The notes under the pieces: generated by a model | Databases searched by the model: none | Told to the model about the DNA's origin: nothing | Seen by the model: the letters and a program-made list of their open reading frames with translations, nothing else | Shown here: one piece after another, positions 13,171 to 25,919 of the stretch | Layout: each line of letters begins with the position of its first letter | Numbering within the stretch: the first letter of the stretch is position 1 | Position numbers and translations under genes: made by a program | Assembly (NCBI RefSeq): GCF_006345805.1 | Contig: NW_021836175.1 | Coordinates: forward strand, 1-64,000 | From: Octopus sinensis | Lineage: Eukaryota | Length of the DNA stretch: 64,000 bases | Direction of reading: 5' to 3'

Positions 13171-13664
13171 CTACCTCTCTATCGTTTTTGTGTTTGGCTT
13201 GCAACATACTCGATGTGTATGGGTGTGTTGAAACAAATTCTGTTGTCGTAGAGGAGTCATTACGCTTATGATAATGACTTTAATAATAACAACAACAATA
13301 ACAACCACAACAATAATAATAATAATATAGCACACACATACGGGCATGTGATATTATTAGTATTATTAGTGTAATGGCATATATATATATATATATTCAA
13401 CGTACTTTAATCTGTTTAATTCATTCCGACGACAGAGCATAGTTCAAACATCGCATAACACAATTAATACTAATCGTATCTAATTAAGGTACGATTCTAC
13501 AATCATGTGGCCAAGGTCAGTTGATTGAACCGGAACAATTACTTAATTATTACATAGTCTAACGACATCGTAAAGTTGAAATGCCATATTCTGTACAGTC
13601 GAGCCGTAAAATAACAGAATTTTACATGAGAATGTTATTTATTGGACAGATTTCCACTCTTGCT

Positions 13665-14050
13665 TATTTCTTTATTGCCCAAAAATGGCTACACACAGAG
13701 GGGACAAACAAGGACTGACAAACGGATTAAGTCGATTGTATCTACCCCAGTGCGTAACTGGTACTTATTTAATCGACCCCGAGAGGATGAAAGGCAAAGT
13801 CGACCTCGGCGGAATCTGAACTCATAACGCAGCGGCAGACGAAATACCTATTTCTTTATTACCCACAAGGGGCTAAACACAGAGAGGACAAACAAGGACA
13901 GACAAACGGATTAAGTCGATTACATCGATTCAAGTGCGTAACTGGTACTTAATTTATCGACCCCGAAAGGATGAAAGGCGAAGTCGACCTCGACGGAATT
14001 TGAACTATGCATTTCGCCCGGCGTGCTAACGATTCTGCCAGCGCGACGCC
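13665..14050 (-). mobile_element. SINE A dimer (full head plus head-truncated unit)
   Basis: Two body copies; junction GAAATAGGTATTTCGTCTG on minus; flanked by TTTCCACTCTT(G)CTTATT at 13651 and 14052. Confidence 0.85.
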
Positions 14051-14555
14051 TTTTCCACTCTTCTTATTGTAACACACTCAGAGGAACGAAACGTACACTT
14101 GCCCGGCTTATTAAATATAGTCTTGTTTCTTAAGTGTCAGGTTTGCATCTCTTTTCGTGAATGAGAGACACATGGCACATGTCATATGTGATACTATTAG
14201 GATAAATGGTGGATTTCTTTACGTTAATAGTAGCGTCAATATTGTGACTAGTTTACCTCGTACATGTTAATGGGACTTCGTATCGCACGGACAAAAACAC
14301 TATACAATGTGTGTCCTAAGAGCTTTATTATTCTCTTCGGACAGATCTGCCAATCTTTTCTCTGTCTGTCAGTATCTGTTTCTCTCTCTCTCTCTCTCCT
14401 CATCTTCAATATCTCTGACTGCTAACGTAACTACAGCCCAACACATCACACACATATATTATTTAATTTTTAAAATTCTTTTACTTGTTTCAGTTATTTG
14501 CTGAAGAACAGTATTTAGTCGAACAAATCAACCACAGGACTTATTCTTTGTAATA

Positions 14556-14722
14556 CAGTTCTATATTTAAGAGATGGGGAATTATGTACTTTATTTACAT
14601 TATTTACAATTGGTGGATATTTGTCCTCATCTCGTTTGTTGTTAACACAATTTTTCGGCTGATATACACTCCAGCCTTCATCGGGTATCTTGAGAAAATT
14701 TAAAACCTGGGTTCTCATTCCT
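14556..14722 (-). mobile_element. Probable PLE pLTR fragment with degenerate HHR (14644-14689)
   Basis: Minus strand: GATAC-CCGATGA-A-GGCTG-GAGTGTATAT-CAGCC-GAAAAATT-GTGTT; stem II perfect, core U4C, stem III broken. Confidence 0.5.
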
Positions 14723-14732
14723 GTTGTTGTTG

Positions 14733-14816
<84 letters not shown>
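14722..14816. repeat. Compound (GTT)(ATT)(AGT) trinucleotide microsatellite
   Basis: Direct reading. Confidence 0.95.
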
Positions 14817-14931
14817 TATATGCCCCATATATGATTAAAAGACTTCATCAGTTGGTGTTATTGAGTTAGACATGACCTGGGCCTATCCTGACCGAAACAA
14901 AGTTATACACACACACACATGTATATATATG

Positions 14932-14999
<68 letters not shown>

Positions 15000-15161
15000 T
15001 TGTGTGTGTGTGTGTGTATGTATATATACATATACAAATTTAGGGACTGGTGTCGAAAGAATTTAGGTTCCTTATGCTTCCTAGCTAGTAGAACCTTGGT
15101 AGTAGTAATTACTCAAAACAGGTGTACTCGGCTAGTTACGCATATATATATACACATGTAT

Positions 15162-15201
<40 letters not shown>

Positions 15202-17261
15202 GGTTCACTTTGATCTAGAGTAGTAACATCTCTTAAGGTCCCAGCTATAAGTACAGTAGCATATGAGCATCGGGATGTAGAAAAATTGGCTCAGTTTCCG
15301 AGAGTGTAGCGAACGTAGTGGGAATGGGGAACCCTGCTCTTTGTTAAGGGTAACTCGTATATAAAATCTGTTGTTCTATTGAGCCAGATATCTTGCACTT
15401 TGCTTGTCTTTGGGCTCCTTGGTACTGCAAGTTAGAGTCGTAATGGTCTTTTATTATAAGCCTCCCTCGTCTTAATAACTTTACACAGGCACTGCTTACA
15501 CCACCTGTCAGCGGCGGTCATGCTCGTCTAACCAGTAGACAGCCATCATGTATGTATATCACCTGCTGGTTGACCAGATAACTATTTGATTTGTTAACTC
15601 AATACCGAATATCACATATTAAATGCAACAGCGAATATTCTCGGGAAATGAGACGTGAAAATAAATCATGTAATAAAAGAAAGTTCTACTGGAGCAAGAA
15701 ATATATAACATTTTAAAGCTGGAGATGATGAGGACGTATGTTTATGGAATCACTATTCACACTCCCGATAAAAATATGTATCAAGTTAGAAAAAGAGTGT
15801 GAGAGAGGAGAGACCGAAAAATTGCATGAACCATCTTAGGATAATGTCGTCTAACTCATGACGGCTTGATTTGCTATAAAGTTATGAATAGTACCAAAAT
15901 CTTCCCAAGTTACAAACTGCTACATTAAAAGAAATGTAGAAAATTGAATGTTATCTTACTTGATGAAATATCTCTGAATATAAGGTGGGATGTTCGTGCA
16001 TGGAACGCGGAATTTCTTCTCGTACTTTATTGAGTTCGAATTCCGCTGTGGTAGACTTTACCTTTCATTCTTTGAGGGTTGATAAAATGAGTAGCATTTG
16101 GGAACTGGGGTCGAAGTAATCGATCTGCCCCTCTCCTCGAATTCCAGGTTGTGTGCCTATTGTAGAAAGGGTTACTTTTATTACTTTCTAATGCGTTAAT
16201 AATTAAGGGAGTTATTTTGTATATACCTATCATCTAGCTTATTTGATAATCTGGAGGATTTGCGGCAGTTAGTTATTGTTTATTTCTGTTTACTACCCAA
16301 AGATCTAAATATGAGCCACATTTTTGTTAAGCTTCCTCTTGTAAAGTACAAAGTGCTAATGTATGAATAATAACCTGGTGTTGGAATAAAACCACGGAAG
16401 TAAGATGATAATTGAAGAATCAACCCGAAACAAATTCTTATCAGTTGACGTAATAATTCTTTGCAGAGCCAGAATTCTACGATAAATTTATCAAGACTAT
16501 AAAAGAATTGTCTTTCGCGTGCATTCATTAGAAAACTACAACTCTTTCCGCAATCGCCATGGAACAAAAGTTTCGTCTTTTCAAATATATAATTGAAAGC
16601 TTATGTTACAAAATTCATTGCAACTTTAAAATTTAGATACTGAATAGCAATTCAAGATTATACTTGGAACATTGTCTATTTTTCATGCAAATACATGTGG
16701 TTAAACAAACATAGGGTAGAGTTTCAAACTATTTATGTTTCCTCAAATATATAAACCTCCAAGTCCATTGTGCAAATATGTAGATGCCGGTAATCGTTTC
16801 CACCTCTCTTTAATGTCTTTTGCGGCGTAGAGGTTTAATATTTCACACAATAAATGTTTTGATGGAAGATAAAACAGTCCCTATCTTAACATTGTTTGTT
16901 TGCAACAACAAAAAAAAAAATGTTTTGCTAGCAGGCTGAATTTAACTACGTCTACACTCCCACTGACGATAACAATATCACAATGTGCACTAAATAAGAC
17001 ACCGCAAATAACCAATTGGTATTTTTATCGGAAGACTAATTTTGTTTTTTATTTCGTATATTTTCATTTGTCTTGCTCATTTTTACATTTTGGCGTTTTG
17101 CTGAGATTTTTCTTGAGAAAACATTCTTCGTGGTAATGCCGATTTGACGTCTACATTTAGCATATTAGGAGTCCACTTTAGTGGATATTCCACTTAATTT
17201 TGTATGTTATATATATATTATATATATATGTAAGACCAAAGGGGTACGGGCGGCGCTATAT

Positions 17262-17316
<55 letters not shown>

Positions 17317-17323
17317 AAAAAAA

Positions 17324-17669
17324 TACAAACTGGGACAAGAACGCAAAACATTTAGAAGACGATACAAAAAACACGGACGGGACATTCGAAGCCTTCAATC
17401 TTCAGTCAAGAACCGGATTATCTTATTCGTGTAACCTCGTCCGTTTTTCCGTCCTTGTTTTGTATACATTCCAGGCTTTCTTCCAAGGAATCTGACGCTC
17501 TTGGCTTAGATTTTCCTTTGGGGCTGGCCAGATCGGAGCAATCTCAAGATTAATCAGCCGAAATTGCGAGTATGATCCGGTTCTTGACTGAAGATTGCAG
17601 GCTTCGAATGTCCCGTCCGTGTTTTTTGTATCGTCTCCTAAATGCTTTGCGTTCTTGTCCCAGTTTGTA
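17324..17669. repeat. Inverted repeat, 98-bp arms with 150-bp spacer, in (TA)n
   Basis: 17324-17421 is the reverse complement of 17572-17669 with a few mismatches. Confidence 0.9.
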
Positions 17670-17681
17670 TATATATATATA

Positions 17682-18099
17682 GGCGCAGGAGTGGCTGTGT
17701 GGTAAGTAGCTTGCTAACCAACCACATGGTTCCGGGTTCAGTCCCACTGCGTAGCATCTTGGGCAAGTGTCTTCTGCTATAGCCCCGGGCCGACCAATGC
17801 CTTTTGAGTGGATTTGGTAGACGGAAACTGAAAGAAGCCTGTCGTATATATGTATATATATATATATATATGTATGTGTGTTTGTGTGTCTGTGTTTGTC
17901 CCCCTAGCATTGCTTTACAACCGATGCTGGTGTGTTTACGTCCCCGTCACTTAGCGGCTTGGCTAAAAGAGACCGATAGTATAAGTACTGGGCTTACAAA
18001 GAATAAGTCCCGGGGTCGATTTGCTTGACTAAAAGCGGTGCTCCAGCATGGCCGCAGTCAAATGACTGAAACAAGTAAAAGAGTAAAAGAGTAAAGAGT
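17682..18099 (+). mobile_element. Composite SINE family B (tRNA head, CORE-like segment, TA/TG tract, CR1-like tail)
   Basis: GCAGGAGTGGCTGTGTGG...GGTTCAGTCCC...CTTGGGCAAGTG...GGCGGTGCTCCAGCATGGCCGCAGTCAAATGACTGAAAC(AAGTAAAAG)n. Confidence 0.9.
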
Positions 18100-18495
18100 A
18101 TATATATATATATAAGTTATGGATGGAGTAACGATACTGCAATGTAGTTGTGATACACCAATTGGTGTTACTCTATATATCGATACAGTATAGCGTTGAG
18201 TGATAAAAGAACACCTGAATAAATATATCACATCTCACCTCTTTTATGAAGAGAGAATTTTAATCTCCAGGTCTTAAGAATTATTAAACTAAATCTACAT
18301 CAAATCTGGGTTTGTATCACTTTATTAATTTCAACAAATGCCAACTTGCAGATTTGAAAAGATTCAACATTTTAAAACAATCATTGAATTATCCTTGGTA
18401 TCGACTGGCTGTAATTATAGTTTATTTCTCAAAAACTTTAATTCCTGTCTTTCTCTTTTTCTTATACCTCATCTTGATGCCTGCCGTTCAGTTTT

Positions 18496-18905
18496 GGAGT
18501 GGCTGTGTGGTAAGTAGCTTGCTAACCAACCACATGGTTCCGGGTTCAGTCCCACTGCGTAGCATCTTGGGCAAGTGTCTTCTGCTATAGCCCCGGGCCG
18601 ACCAATGCCTTTTGAGTGGATTTGGTAGACGGAAACTGAAAGAAGCCTGTCGTATATATGTATATATATATTTATATGTATGTGTGTTTGTGTGTCTGTG
18701 TTTGTCTCCCTAGCATTGCTTGACAACCGATGCTGGTGTGTTTACGTCCCCGTCACTTAGCGGCTTGGCTAAAAGAGACCGATAGTATAAGTACTGGGCT
18801 TACAAAGAATAAGTCCCGGGGTCGATTTGCTTGACTAAAGGCGGTGCTCCAGCATGACCGCAGTCAAATGACTGAAACAAGTAAAAGAGTAAAAGAGTAA
18901 AGAGT
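18496..18905 (+). mobile_element. SINE B (hybrid middle copy)
   Basis: Family B sequence with the 5' flank of copy 3 and the body variants of copy 1. Confidence 0.9.
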
Positions 18906-19299
18906 ATATATATATATAAGTTATGGATGGAGTAACGATACTGCAATGTAGTTGTGATACACCAATTGGTGTTACTCTATATATCGATACAGTATAGCGT
19001 TGAGTGATAAAAGAACACCTGAATAAATATATCACATCTCACCTCTTTTATGAAGAGAGAATTTTAATCTCCAGGTCTTAAGAATTATTAAACTAAATCT
19101 ACATCAAATCTGGGTTTGTATCACTTTATTAATTTCAACAAATGCCAACTTGCAGATTTGAAAAGATTCAACATTTTTAAACAATCATTGAATTATCCTT
19201 GGTATCGACTGGCTGTAATTATAGTTTATTTCTCAAAAACTTTAATTCCTGTCTTTCTCTTTTTCTTATACCTCATCTTGATGCCTGCTGTTCAGTTTT

Positions 19300-19698
19300 G
19301 GAGTGGCTGTGTGGTAAGTAGCTTGCTAACCAACCACATGGTTCCGGGTTCAGTCCCACTGCGTGGCATCTTGGGCAAGTGTCTTCTGCTATAGCCCCGG
19401 GCCGACCAATGCCTTGTGAGTGGATTTGGTAGACGGAAACTGAAAGAAGCCTGTCGTATATATGTATATATGTATGTATGTGTGTGTGTCTGTGTTTGTC
19501 CCCCTAGCATTGCTTGACAACCGATGCTGGTGTGTTTACGTCCCCGTCAGTTAGCGGTTCGGCAAAAGAGACCGATAGAATAAGTACTGGGCTTACAAAG
19601 AATAAGTCCCGGGGTCGATTTACTCGACTAAAGGCGGTGCTCCAGCATGGCTGCAGTCAAATGATTGAAACAAGTAAAAGAGTAAAAGAGTAAAGAGT
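19300..19698 (+). mobile_element. SINE B
   Basis: Family B head, body and tail. Confidence 0.9.
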
Positions 19699-21225
19699 AT
19701 TGCTTTTACTATAGTCGTCAGATTCTTACTCAGCGAAAGTTTTTTTTTAGTTTCACTGTTGTATTACTGCAGTTGAATAAAAGCGTGTATAGTATTCAAG
19801 AAAGTAGCTAGAAACGTTAACAAATTACCACTTTTATAAATCAGAAAATACAATCAACTAGATTCTTTTCGATACATATCTAAGGCCTGCTTTTATCTCT
19901 AAAGCAGAGAATGCAATCACCTGGCTTCTATTCGATAGAGTATTGAAATATATTTTATTGAATACACTCTGCTGCAAAAAGTTCTGATTTCATTGAAACC
20001 CTTCATATTGAAAATCTAAATTAATTCCAATACATATTGAACCTGAAAAAATATCGCAACAATGAAAAGCAGTCTGTAAATGTTTAACATATTCAGCAAG
20101 TTATTCCATGGAGGTAAACCAATTTCCTTCAATTTTTTTCATTTTAGTATCAATGACATAACATGTTGGACATAAATAGCAGATTATTCGACTGCACTAC
20201 ACAAAATATAAAAGAACATGTGTGCGTATGTGTGTTTGTGTGTATGTGTTTATGTGTATGCGTTTGTGTGTTTGTGTGTATGTGTTTATGTGTATACGTT
20301 TGTGTGTTTGTGTGTAAGTGTACGTGTGTGTCTATGTGTAATCACAGTTATTTACTCATGCACATAGAGATAGAGTTACAGAAATAGTGTAGAAACTGTG
20401 TTCAAAGTAAATAATGCAGAACTCATAAACACACGCACGGAGTTATATTTTTAGTAAACAAGTGTGGTAAACAACACCATCCACGAATATTTACACTGAT
20501 ACAGACGCACTCGTAGTAAAACAAGGAAGACTAACATTTCTCAGTAACATAAAAGTTTTACTGTACCCAAAAGCTAAGGTAAAAACCAAAAAAAAAAAAA
20601 AACTCACCACTGCATGTAAAATGATCTCCTGCAACAAAAACTACTGAAGCATGTCATTTTGTCTGGATGTAGAAACACAATAATATGCAGACAAATAACG
20701 TACATGCTGGTTAAAACATAAATTATTGACGAATATATTGATACGCAATTTCACATAGTGCTACACAGACAGAGCTTTATAACAAGGTAATATATCATGA
20801 CTTTAGTAGATTTATAAATAGAGGCAGGAAATTAGATACGAAGTTCTACAGACTAGCAAAGAGATTAAAAAAATACTGAATATAGTGAGATATTTTAAAC
20901 TTCTAACCAGTATGTAAAAATAGAGCTTAGTGTAATATGTACATTTTTACAATTTATTTCTGCAAACAATAAGCTTCACGAAATCATTGCTAAATATACA
21001 AAAACATCTTATGTAAGTGTGCAATTCTTACAATTTATAATATAGTAATTGAAGTATGTCGCTTCTGATCAAATTTAGAATTTAAACGCAGTAGACAATG
21101 AACCGCATATTTAGAGGAGGTTGTACTGGTGTGAGAGATTAGATTCGAAGCCATTTAGATATTACAATCAGAACATATTATCAAAAACCTTTCCTAAGGA
21201 AATCATCTTATCTCATGGTATATGC

Positions 21226-21640
21226 TGACGAGCTGGCAGAAACGTTAGCACGCCGGGCGAAAGGCTAAGCGGTATTTCGTCTGCGGTTACGTTCTGAGTT
21301 CAAATTGCGCCGAGGTTGACTTTGCCTTTCATCCTTTCGGGGTCGATTAAATAAGTACCAGTTACGCACTGGGGTCGATATAATCGACTTAATACCTATG
21401 TCTGTCTATGTTTGTCTCCTCTATGTTTAGCCCCTTGTGGGTAATAAAGAAATAGGTATTTCGTCTGCGGTTACGTTCTGAGTTCAAATTGCCCCGAGGT
21501 TGACTTTGCCTGTCATCCTTTCGGGATCGATTAAATAAGTACCAGTTACGCACTGGGGTCGATATAATCGACTCAATCCGTTTGTCTGTCCTTGTTTGTC
21601 CTCTCTGTGTTTAGCCCCTTGTGGGTAGTAAAGAAATAGG
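21226..21640 (+). mobile_element. SINE A dimer
   Basis: Second unit starts at junction AAAGAAATAGGTATTTCGTCTG (~21448-21469). Confidence 0.9.
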
Positions 21641-22049
21641 TATATACCGGAATAGATTATTCAGGCTAATGTGATCCTGTTATTATAATTGGTTTAAGTA
21701 CGATTAAGAGAGGATTTGTTGGTAGTAATGCTGATACTCCTATAATAGAATTAAAAAATTCAATGTAATAATTAGTTGTCTTAATCATAATATACTTAGG
21801 CTCTTGTATTTGCAAGTCAAGAACTGAAAATACGGATTTTCACTTAGTTACGCACTAATTAAAGTATTTCCCTGTGTATAAAATACATTGAAACAAAAGA
21901 GACAGACGCTATTTTACGAGTATATCTTGTGAAACGAAAATCACAAATTTAGCACGTTTCATAATACTTTTATTGAAAGATATTTTCAAGTGGATTTGCA
22001 CGGAAAAATTGGCACCTTGTGCATGGAAATACGATGATATGATGCTTGT

Positions 22050-22224
22050 GGAGGTGTGTGGCTTAGTGTTTAGCGTGTTGTACTCATGACCGTAAGAACG
22101 TAGTTCCGATTTATGACCCGGGTGACGCGTTGTGTCCTTAAGCAAAGCCCTTTATTTCATGTTGCTAGCCGACTCACCTGGCATAAGTGAGTATTCCTGC
22201 GACGGACCGGCAGTCCTATGGGTC
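22050..22224 (+). mobile_element. SINE family C, decayed/partial
   Basis: GGAGGTGTGTGGCTTAGTG...GCGTTGTGTCCTTAAGCAAAGC, homologous to 23223-23490. Confidence 0.7.
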
Positions 22225-22288
22225 TACATGACTCAGGGAGTATCTTTATTTTTTATTTGTATCCTATGACGGTATATTGGAATGAAAG

Positions 22289-22517
22289 GTGGCGAACTGG
22301 CAGAAACGTTAACGCGCCGTCGCAATGCTTAGCAATATTTCGTCTGCAGTTACTTTCTGAGTTCAAATTCCACCAAGGTAGACTTTGCCTTTCATCCTTT
22401 CGGGGTCGATAAATTAAGTACCAGTTACGCACTTGGGTTGATGTAATCGACTTAATCCGTTTGTCTGTCCTTGTTTGTCCCCTCTGTGTTTAGCCCCTTG
22501 TGGCTAGTAAAGAAATA
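22289..22517 (+). mobile_element. SINE A monomer
   Basis: Family A sequence; TSD GGTATATTGGAAT(G/A)AAAG at 22271 and 22518. Confidence 0.9.
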
Positions 22518-22924
22518 GGTATATTGGAATAAAGTAGGAAACCTTACATTTATCTTGTGTAAACTGCGTATTTCATTTTTATTCTTTTACAAATCCAATG
22601 TATAGTTCTATACATAAGAGCCAAGAGAATTGCCATAAAGAATTAAAGGACTTCTTTTTGGTAACGATGCTTTATTTTACGGGAATCAGGTATCAGGGTG
22701 GTGTACCACCACTATGTTTTTACTGTCATTCACTCACTGCGAGTAGCAGACAGGGGGATGAAAAGTTCCCTGGGAAATGGTTATTTAGATAATGACAGAA
22801 GAAAAAATAAGCACTTTGTAGATTGATACTATCATGAAATGTTCGCTTCACATTTTGACAAAAAGCCAGTAGTTTTGGGGGACATATTAGTCGCTTATAT
22901 CAATTCCAGTGTACAACTGGTACT

Positions 22925-23015
22925 TATTTCATCCGTCCCGATATGATGAAAATCTTAGAACGTAAGGAGGGAGGAAATGCCGCTAAACATTCTTTCCGGG
23001 GTGCTAACGGTTTTG
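22925..23015 (-). mobile_element. SINE A, decayed 5' part
   Basis: Reverse complement of head and start of body. Confidence 0.6.
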
Positions 23016-23222
23016 CCATCTCACAACTCCCAATATCATGTAATATTGAGATCCATATAAAGTGCAGGTTATACAAGCTGAGGAAGGAAGTTAAATGATA
23101 TGATGTGGCATATCCATATAACTGCCGAGGTACATTGCGCAATTCTTTAAAAGTTTGTGCAAACAGACTTTGATATTTTTTACTTCTTTTCATTATTTTA
23201 GTGTTAGTAATAATAATTGTGT

Positions 23223-23490
23223 GGAGACGCGTGGCTTAGTGGTTAGGGTGTCAGCATCATGATCGTAAGATTGTGGTTTCGATTCCTGGACTGGGCGACG
23301 CGTTGTGTTCTTGAGCAAAACACTTCACTTTACGCTGTTCCATTTCACGTTGCTCCAGTTCACTGAGCTGGCAACAATGAGTAACGCTGCGATGGACTGG
23401 CGTCCCATCCAGCTGGGGAACACATACGCCATTGAAACTAGGAAACCGGGCTCATGAGCCAGGCTAGGCTTTAAAAGGGCGCATTTATTA
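23223..23490 (+). mobile_element. tRNA-derived SINE family C
   Basis: A box GTGGCTTAGTGG, B box GTTTCGATTCC, CORE-like TGTTCTTGAGCAAAACACTT, then GCGATGGACTGGCGTCCCATCCAG; second copy at 37265-37520. Confidence 0.85.
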
Positions 23491-23640
23491 TTTAAAAAAT
23501 AATAATAATTGTTCTTTTTAAATGATAATTGTAGTAGACTTATGCTTATATTTCTCCTAAGACTTCAACGTTCTTTTATACGGCCAAGTTAGACGCAGGG
23601 CAATTTGCTGAGGTATTAAAAAACAAAGTATTATATACAT

Positions 23641-24045
23641 GCAGGAGTGGCTGTGTGGTAAGTAGCTTGCTAACCAACCACATGGTTCCGGGTTCAGTCC
23701 CACTGCGTGGCATCTTGGGCAAGTGTATTCTGTTATAGCCCCGGGCCGACCAATGCCTTGTGAGTGGATTTGGTAGACGGAAACTGAAAGAAGCCTCTCG
23801 TATATATGTGTGTATATAAGTCTGTGTGTATATGTTTGTGTGTCTGTGTTTGTCCCCCTAGCATTGCTTGACAACTGATGCTGGTGTGTTTACGTCCCGG
23901 TCACTTAGCGCTTCGGCAAAAGAGACCGATATAATAAGTACTGGGCTTACAAAGAATAAGTCCCGGGGTCTATTTGCTCGACTAAAGGCAGTGCTCCAGC
24001 ATGGCCGCAGTCAAATGACTGAAACAAGTAAAGGAGTAAAAGAGT
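23641..24045 (+). mobile_element. SINE B
   Basis: Family B head, body and tail. Confidence 0.9.
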
Positions 24046-24144
24046 ATGCAAATATGATACTATCCATTAATAGTGGAAAAATGTTGCATTCAAGTGTTCA
24101 TATACATATGTATTTTGTATCTCACCTTATATGTATATAGATAT

Positions 24145-24374
24145 TATTTCTTTATTGACCACAAGGGGCTAACTATAGAGGGAACAAACAAGGGACAGAC
24201 AAAGGGATTAAGTCGATTACATCGACCCCAGTGCGTAACTGGTACTTAATTATCGACCCCGAAGGGATAAAAAGGAAAGTCGACCTCGGCGGAATTTGAA
24301 ATCAGAACGTAACGGCAGACGAAATACTGCTAAGTATTTCGCCGGCGTGCTAACGTTTCTGCCAGCTCGCCGCC
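24145..24374 (-). mobile_element. SINE A monomer
   Basis: Family A sequence on minus strand. Confidence 0.9.
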
Positions 24375-24765
24375 TTCTATATGTATATATATACATACAT
24401 GTGTGTGTGTGTGTGGTATGTGTATGCGCGGGCATGTATGTACAATTTGATCAGTTAACAAAGGTGAAATTAGGGAGCACGTGTTTACTCCATTAGTTGA
24501 CAGCGGTCTCGTAATCCATATCAAGAACCTTATCAACATCACATCATCCATAATACGCGTATACACGATCACACTTACAGATATGATTGTGCTGCAACAT
24601 ATCATGTTTTCGGCACAATTATTATTGACATATGACACTTCAGAAAAAATCTTATGGCAGGTTAAAACATTAACTGTCATAGTAAAGATTTAACTTACTA
24701 TGAAATAGTAGTTTGTTACATTAGAGCACAATTGTGTTTGTGTGTGTGTGGGGGGTGTATTTTGT

Positions 24766-25135
24766 CGCAGGTATGGCTGTGAGCTAAGAAGGCTGCTTCG
24801 CACCCACTGCGTGGAACCTTGGGCCAGTATCTTCCACAATAACCTCGGGCCGACCAAAGTCTTGTGAGTGGATTTAGTTGGCGGAAGCTGTAAAAAGCCC
24901 ATCGTATATATATATATATATATATACACATATATATATATACATGTATATATATGTGTGTGTATTTGTGCCTCAGTCCCCACCATCCCCACCTGCACTT
25001 GACCAGTTGATGTGGTTGCATCTCCGTAACAGTGGTGTTCGCCAAAAGAACCCGATAGAATAAGTACTGGGGTCGATTCATTCGACTAAAACGTAAAGCC
25101 AGTGCTCCATCATGGCCAGAGTATAATGACTAAAA
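24766..25135 (+). mobile_element. SINE B, older diverged variant
   Basis: Same module order, many substitutions, shorter 3' module. Confidence 0.75.
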
Positions 25136-25152
25136 ATCGTAAAAATATGTGT

Positions 25153-25578
25153 GTAGGAATGGCTGTGTGGTAAGTAGCTTGCTTACCAACCACGTGGTTC
25201 CGGGTTCAGTCCCACTACGTGGCACCTTGGGTAAGTGTCTTCTACTATAGCCTCGGGCCGACCAAAGCCTTGTGAGTGGATTTGGTAGACGGAAACTGAA
25301 AGAAGCCCGTTGTATATATGTATATGTACATATATATATGCGTGTGTATTTGTGTGTCTGTGTTTGTCCCCTCCTAGCATTGCTTGACAACCGATTCTGG
25401 TGTGTTTACGTCCCCATAACCCAGCGGTTCGGCAAAAGAGACCGATAGAATAAGTACTGGGCTTACAAAGAATAAGTTCCGGGGTCGAGTTGCTCGATTA
25501 AAGGTGGTGCTCCAGTATGGCCGCAGTCAAATGACTGAAACAAGTGAAAGAGTAAAAGAGAGAGTAAAGAGAGAGAGT
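25153..25578 (+). mobile_element. SINE B
   Basis: Family B head, body and tail. Confidence 0.9.
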
Positions 25579-25919
25579 ATGTGAATGTTGATGAATTAAT
25601 ATTATTTTTTTTTAACAAGTTAACTGTTATCCAATAAAATTCGAAAGAAAATCTATTGAAAACCGATAGATATTGCAAATAATCATCAGTGTGCGGAATT
25701 GGTTATATTTGCTTCAAGTGAAGATCACATTCCTCTTCATGATTTTATATTGGAATGGCATGCAAATTAATAATTAATAATCAAAATAATCGGGCAAGTT
25801 ATGTATGCTGTTGTGAACCTTTTATGACTGATTCTAAATTAAGAAATACTCTTTTATCTCACAAAAAATTGAAATTTTATTTTCTTCTATTGCAGGGACG
25901 GTACCGGCAAAAGAAAAAC

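Larger units (their letters stand above)
17690..19698 (+). repeat. 804-bp tandem duplication (SINE B plus ~395-bp unique spacer); three SINE B copies, two spacers
   Basis: Spacers 18100-18495 and 18906-19299 are near identical; duplicated ORFs at 18312 and 19116. Confidence 0.95.

Noticed and set aside
15305-15485. Possible solo LTR (TGTA...TACA with a TATA-like TATATAAAA)
   Set aside because: No TSD, no second copy, no PBS/PPT or gag/pol nearby.
16400-16570. Possible host exon after TTCTTTGCAG (also acceptor-like sites near 28820 and 29816, and ORF 31733-31930)
   Set aside because: Short frames, no recognisable domain and no consistent donor/acceptor chain; needs RNA-seq or spliced alignment. 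Small host exons cannot be excluded.
17638-19510. Recurrent ORFs such as ...RQASFSFRLPNPLTRHWSARGYSRRHLPK... (also at 23557, 25130, 29993, 57300, 60421)
   Set aside because: Antisense translations of SINE B copies, not a gene family.
21225-21248. CTGACGA-GCTGGCA-GAAAC-GTT hammerhead-like string
   Set aside because: Created by substitutions in a SINE A head (other copies read GGCGGCGAGC); stems I and II do not pair.
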